Assembly: GCA_049322675.1 (NCBI GenBank)
Contig: JBMORM010000025.1
Location: 64,520-128,519 of the forward strand
Reading direction: 5' to 3'
Length of the DNA stretch: 64,000 bases
Source of the DNA: Patescibacteria group bacterium
Lineage (GTDB): Bacteria; Patescibacteriota; JAHJAL01
This document shows, one piece after another, positions 60,702 through 64,000 of the stretch; positions within the stretch are counted from its first letter, which is position 1; every line of letters starts with the position of its first letter. Both the position numbers and the translations under genes were made by a program. The notes under the pieces were generated by a model, which worked only from the letters and a program-made list of their open reading frames with translations, searched no databases and was not told where the DNA came from.

Positions 60702-62927
60702 ATGAAAAATTTGATTATTGTAGAGTCGCCGGCCAAAGCCAAAACAATTGAGCGTATTTTGGGAAAAGACTATAAGGTTGTGGCGTCTTTTGGGCATGTT
60801 AGGGATTTGCCTAAAAATAATTTAGGCGTAGATGTGGAAAATGATTATGCGCCGAAATATGTCATACCGTTAAAGGCGAAAAAGACGATTAAGACAATGA
60901 AAGATATGTTTGCCAAGTCGAAGAACATTTATTTGGCTTCAGACTTGGATCGGGAGGGAGAAGCGATTGCTTGGCATATTGTTCAAGCGATCAAACCAAA
61001 AAAAGATCAATCAGTGCAAAGGGTTATTTTTCCGGCCATTACTAAATCGGCGGTAGAATTGGGTATGAAAAATCCTCGGGAAATTGATTTGAATTTGGTT
61101 GATGCTCAGCAGGCAAGAAGAGTTTTGGATCGTTTGGTCGGTTACAAGTTAAGCCCATTGCTTTGGAAAAAAATATTCAAGGGTTTGTCTGCAGGTCGGG
61201 TTCAGTCTGTTGCTCTGAGATTGATAGTCGAAAGGGAGAGAGAAATTCAAAAGTTTGTTCCGGAGGAATATTGGACGGTAGAGGCGGATTTTTCCAAAGT
61301 TGATGATGAAACAAGATTTTTGGGAAAAATGTTGACGGTAAATGGGAAAAAGTTTGAACCTATCAATGAAGAACAGGCTGCTCAATACAAAAGTCAGATT
61401 GAAAAGTCAGATTATAAAGTGGGTAGTATCAAGGTTTCAGGAAAAAAAAGAAATCCATATGCGCCATTTATCACTAGTACACTGCAACAGGAGGCATATA
61501 AGAAGTTGCATTTTACAGCTAAGAAAACTATGATGTTGGCACAGAAATTGTACGAGGGAGTCGAAGTGGAGGGAAAACAATTGGGTTTGATTACCTATAT
61601 GCGTACAGACTCGAGAAATATTTCTGGAGAGGCGATAGATATGATCAGAAAACAGATATCAAAAATGTATGGCGAAAAATATTTGCCGGAAAAGCCGGTG
61701 ATATATAAAAAGGCAAGTAAATTGGCTCAAGAGGCTCATGAAGCGATAAGAGTGACCTATCCCAATCGAACGCCGGATAGTATAGACAAATTTTTGGACA
61801 AAGATTTGGCGCGTCTCTATCAGTTGATATGGAAAAGAACGATTGCTTGTCAGATGAAACCGGCGGAAATGGAGAATACGGCTATAGATATTTTGGGGAA
61901 AAATAAAAATGATGTCTTTTTGTTTAGAGTCAATGGAACGGTAATTGTTTTTAACGGTTTTTTGGAAGTTTGGGATTATAAATCGTCAACCAATGATGAA
62001 AATTTGTTGCCGAAGTTGGAAGAGAATGAAAATTTGGTTTTACGCGAGTTATTTGTGGAGCAGCATTTCACACAGCCGCCGCCACGTTTTACCGACGCGT
62101 CTTTGGTTAAGGAGTTGGAAAAAAATGGAGTGGGCCGTCCTTCGACGTATGCTAGTATTATGAGTACGATTCAAGTTAGGGGCTATGTCGAAAAAGAAGA
62201 AGGGAAGTTTAAGCCGACTGATACGGGTTTTACCGTTAATGATTTTTTGGTAAAACATTTTTCCGATGTAGTAGATGTGAGTTTTACCGCCAAGATGGAA
62301 AATGAATTGGATGAAATTGCTTTGGGGAAGAAACATTGGGTGCCGGTGATCGACGATTTTTACAAGCCATTTATTAAAAATATCGGCGAAAAAGAGAAAG
62401 AAGTTTCCAAAGAAGAGGTAGTGGGGAAGATGGAAGAGACTGATGAAAAATGTCCTGATTGTGGTTTGCCGATGCAGGTCAAGATGAGTCGATATGGAAA
62501 ATTTTTAGCTTGCACCGGATATCCAAAATGCAAATATACCAAGCCTTTAGGTTTGTCTGAATCTGATCAAAAGAAAGAAGCCGAAGCGGAACCATGTGAA
62601 AAGTGTGGATCAAAGATGATAATAAAAAAGGGTAGATTCGGGAGTTTTCTGGCTTGCAGTAATTATCCAAAGTGTAAAAATATTCGTTCTATTGCCAAGA
62701 CGGATCTGAATATTGATTGTCCAAAATGTAAAAAGGGAAAGTTGGTAGAAAAAAGGAGTAAGCGGGGCAAGGTGTTTTATGCCTGCAATCGATATCCGGA
62801 ATGTGATCAGGCGGTTTGGAATGAGCCTACAGATAAAAAGTGTGAGGTTTGTGGGTTTGTTTTAACCAAAAATAAAAGTGGGAGTTTAAAATGCGAACAG
62901 TGTGCCAAGGATGCGAAAAAAAAGTAG
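60702..62927 (+). CDS. topA: DNA topoisomerase I with four C-terminal C4 zinc ribbons
   Basis: The TOPRIM N-terminus is MKNLIIVESPAKAKTIERILG. The active-site region is present. There are four CxxC...CxxC modules at the C-terminus. Confidence 0.9.
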   Translation: MKNLIIVESPAKAKTIERILGKDYKVVASFGHVRDLPKNNLGVDVENDYAPKYVIPLKAKKTIKTMKDMFAKSKNIYLASDLDREGEAIAWHIVQAIKPKKDQSVQRVIFPAITKSAVELGMKNPREIDLNLVDAQQARRVLDRLVGYKLSPLLWKKIFKGLSAGRVQSVALRLIVEREREIQKFVPEEYWTVEADFSKVDDETRFLGKMLTVNGKKFEPINEEQAAQYKSQIEKSDYKVGSIKVSGKKRNPYAPFITSTLQQEAYKKLHFTAKKTMMLAQKLYEGVEVEGKQLGLITYMRTDSRNISGEAIDMIRKQISKMYGEKYLPEKPVIYKKASKLAQEAHEAIRVTYPNRTPDSIDKFLDKDLARLYQLIWKRTIACQMKPAEMENTAIDILGKNKNDVFLFRVNGTVIVFNGFLEVWDYKSSTNDENLLPKLEENENLVLRELFVEQHFTQPPPRFTDASLVKELEKNGVGRPSTYASIMSTIQVRGYVEKEEGKFKPTDTGFTVNDFLVKHFSDVVDVSFTAKMENELDEIALGKKHWVPVIDDFYKPFIKNIGEKEKEVSKEEVVGKMEETDEKCPDCGLPMQVKMSRYGKFLACTGYPKCKYTKPLGLSESDQKKEAEAEPCEKCGSKMIIKKGRFGSFLACSNYPKCKNIRSIAKTDLNIDCPKCKKGKLVEKRSKRGKVFYACNRYPECDQAVWNEPTDKKCEVCGFVLTKNKSGSLKCEQCAKDAKKK

Positions 62928-64000
62928 TTTTATTTTTTGCGTTAGTATTATTTTGTTTGGCAGGTCAGTTTTTTCCCCAGATGGCTTTGGCGCAAACGGA
63001 AAATGTTTTGGATTATAAACATGCGGTGGTTTTGGAGACGGCTGATTTTGATCAAACACAGCCTACTGAAGTCAAGATGCAGAAAGTGAATGTCAAATTT
63101 TTGGATGAAAAAAATAATATATCGGTTTGGTTTGACAATAATCCTACTTTTTCGGTAATCAATGATCGAAGGATAAATAAGGGAGACAAGATTATTGTCT
63201 CTTATCAGGTTGTGGACGGCCAAGAAAAGGTATCTTTAGTGGATTTTGATCGAAGTTTACAATTGTTGATATTGGTATTGATTTGCATTGGTTTGGTGTT
63301 GGTGATTGGGCTTTGGACAGGTATAAAATCATTGATATCTTTTTCGTGGATAGGATTGATTTTATTTGGGTGGCTTTTACCTGGAATTTTGCGGGGGAGC
63401 AATGTATTTTTTTTGGTGACAGTGGCAATTGTTTTAATTGTGATAGGTACTTCTGTTTTGTTGATGGGTTTTTCTAGAAAAATGTTGTTGGTGACAGCCA
63501 GTTCTTTGTTTGGGGTTTTGGTGGCTACGTTGTTGACTTTGCTATTTGGTTGGTGGTCTCGATATTCTCCTTCCGGCCAGGAAGATCTGTCGTTGTTTAG
63601 AATTTCACCGGTTTTATCGAAGTTGAATTTATTGGATATTATTTATGCCAGTATTATGATCGGTGGCGTTGGTTCGATGATGGATATGACAATTTCTATC
63701 GTAGCTGGAATAGAAGAGACGATTATTACGGCACAAACAAAAGGAATTGGCAGGCTGGATTCAAAAGAGCTGTTTTTGACAGGATTAAATATTGGTCGAA
63801 GTGTGATGGCGGCTGAGACCAATACTATGGTTTTAGCATATTTTGGTTCTGCTTTGACTTTGTGGTTGGTAGCATTATCGCAAAATTATACTTGGGGTTT
63901 GTTGATTAGCTTTGGAATGGTTTTTGGTGAACTTTTAAGGATATTGGCGGTGGCAGTTGGTATTTTTAGTTCCATTCCTATGACCGCATTTTTAGCTTCA
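62891..64000 (+). CDS. YibE/F-family polytopic membrane protein, partial (runs off window end)
   Basis: The ATG at 62891 overlaps the last 35 nt of topA in another frame. The signal and N-terminus read MRTVCQGCEKKVVLFFALVLFCLAGQFFPQMALA|QTEN. Multiple TM helices follow. The ORF is open to position 64000. Confidence 0.6.
   Translation, partial: MRTVCQGCEKKVVLFFALVLFCLAGQFFPQMALAQTENVLDYKHAVVLETADFDQTQPTEVKMQKVNVKFLDEKNNISVWFDNNPTFSVINDRRINKGDKIIVSYQVVDGQEKVSLVDFDRSLQLLILVLICIGLVLVIGLWTGIKSLISFSWIGLILFGWLLPGILRGSNVFFLVTVAIVLIVIGTSVLLMGFSRKMLLVTASSLFGVLVATLLTLLFGWWSRYSPSGQEDLSLFRISPVLSKLNLLDIIYASIMIGGVGSMMDMTISIVAGIEETIITAQTKGIGRLDSKELFLTGLNIGRSVMAAETNTMVLAYFGSALTLWLVALSQNYTWGLLISFGMVFGELLRILAVAVGIFSSIPMTAFLAS

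Overview
This is a 64 kb AT-rich window (about 33% GC, judged by eye) whose gene content and architecture resemble a reduced, CPR/Patescibacteria-like bacterial genome; that taxonomic placement is an inference. Nearly every intergenic region carries a palindromic element built from GGAAATT/GAAAATT heptamers, about 23 loci in all, usually ending 10-30 nt before the start codon of the downstream gene. The window has three blocks. (i) 1-9000: housekeeping genes (mutM, an M50 protease, rpmB, holB, a PSP1/RicT-like gene) and a tRNA island (Pro, Thr, Tyr, Thr, rpmG, Trp). (ii) 9193-38947: a roughly 30 kb co-directional surface/pilus island. It starts with two paralogous cassettes of N-terminally anchored single-pass membrane proteins, each ending in a giant (about 1000 aa) Cys/Asn/Gly/Trp-rich secreted protein with a shared C-terminal module. 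These are followed immediately by a complete type IV pilus locus: pilM, pilN, pilO, pilB, pilT, pilC, a major pilin, pilD, and four minor or pilin-like proteins, one of which is fused to a long Cys-rich CGDG/CDDG repeat domain. Hairpin/MITE-like repeats and an antisense four-helix-bundle gene are interspersed among the pilin genes. (iii) 39057-64000: an NHL-repeat lipoprotein; an RNHCP protein / radical-SAM-SPASM enzyme / YkgJ Cys-cluster protein operon; HIT and NUDIX hydrolases; a Tat-signal lipoprotein; a bactofilin-like membrane protein; then trxA, tpiA, tRNA-Glu, a PduO-type adenosyltransferase, a GlmS whose glutaminase catalytic Cys1 and Asn98 are replaced, ctpA, rplI, ybaB, pth, mfd, dprA, topA and a partial YibE/F membrane protein. 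GC-rich palindromic hairpins of the form GTAGGGGCGG...CCGCCCCTAC recur as terminators. CDS coordinates follow the supplied ORF track; coordinates of non-coding elements may be off by 1-2 nt.
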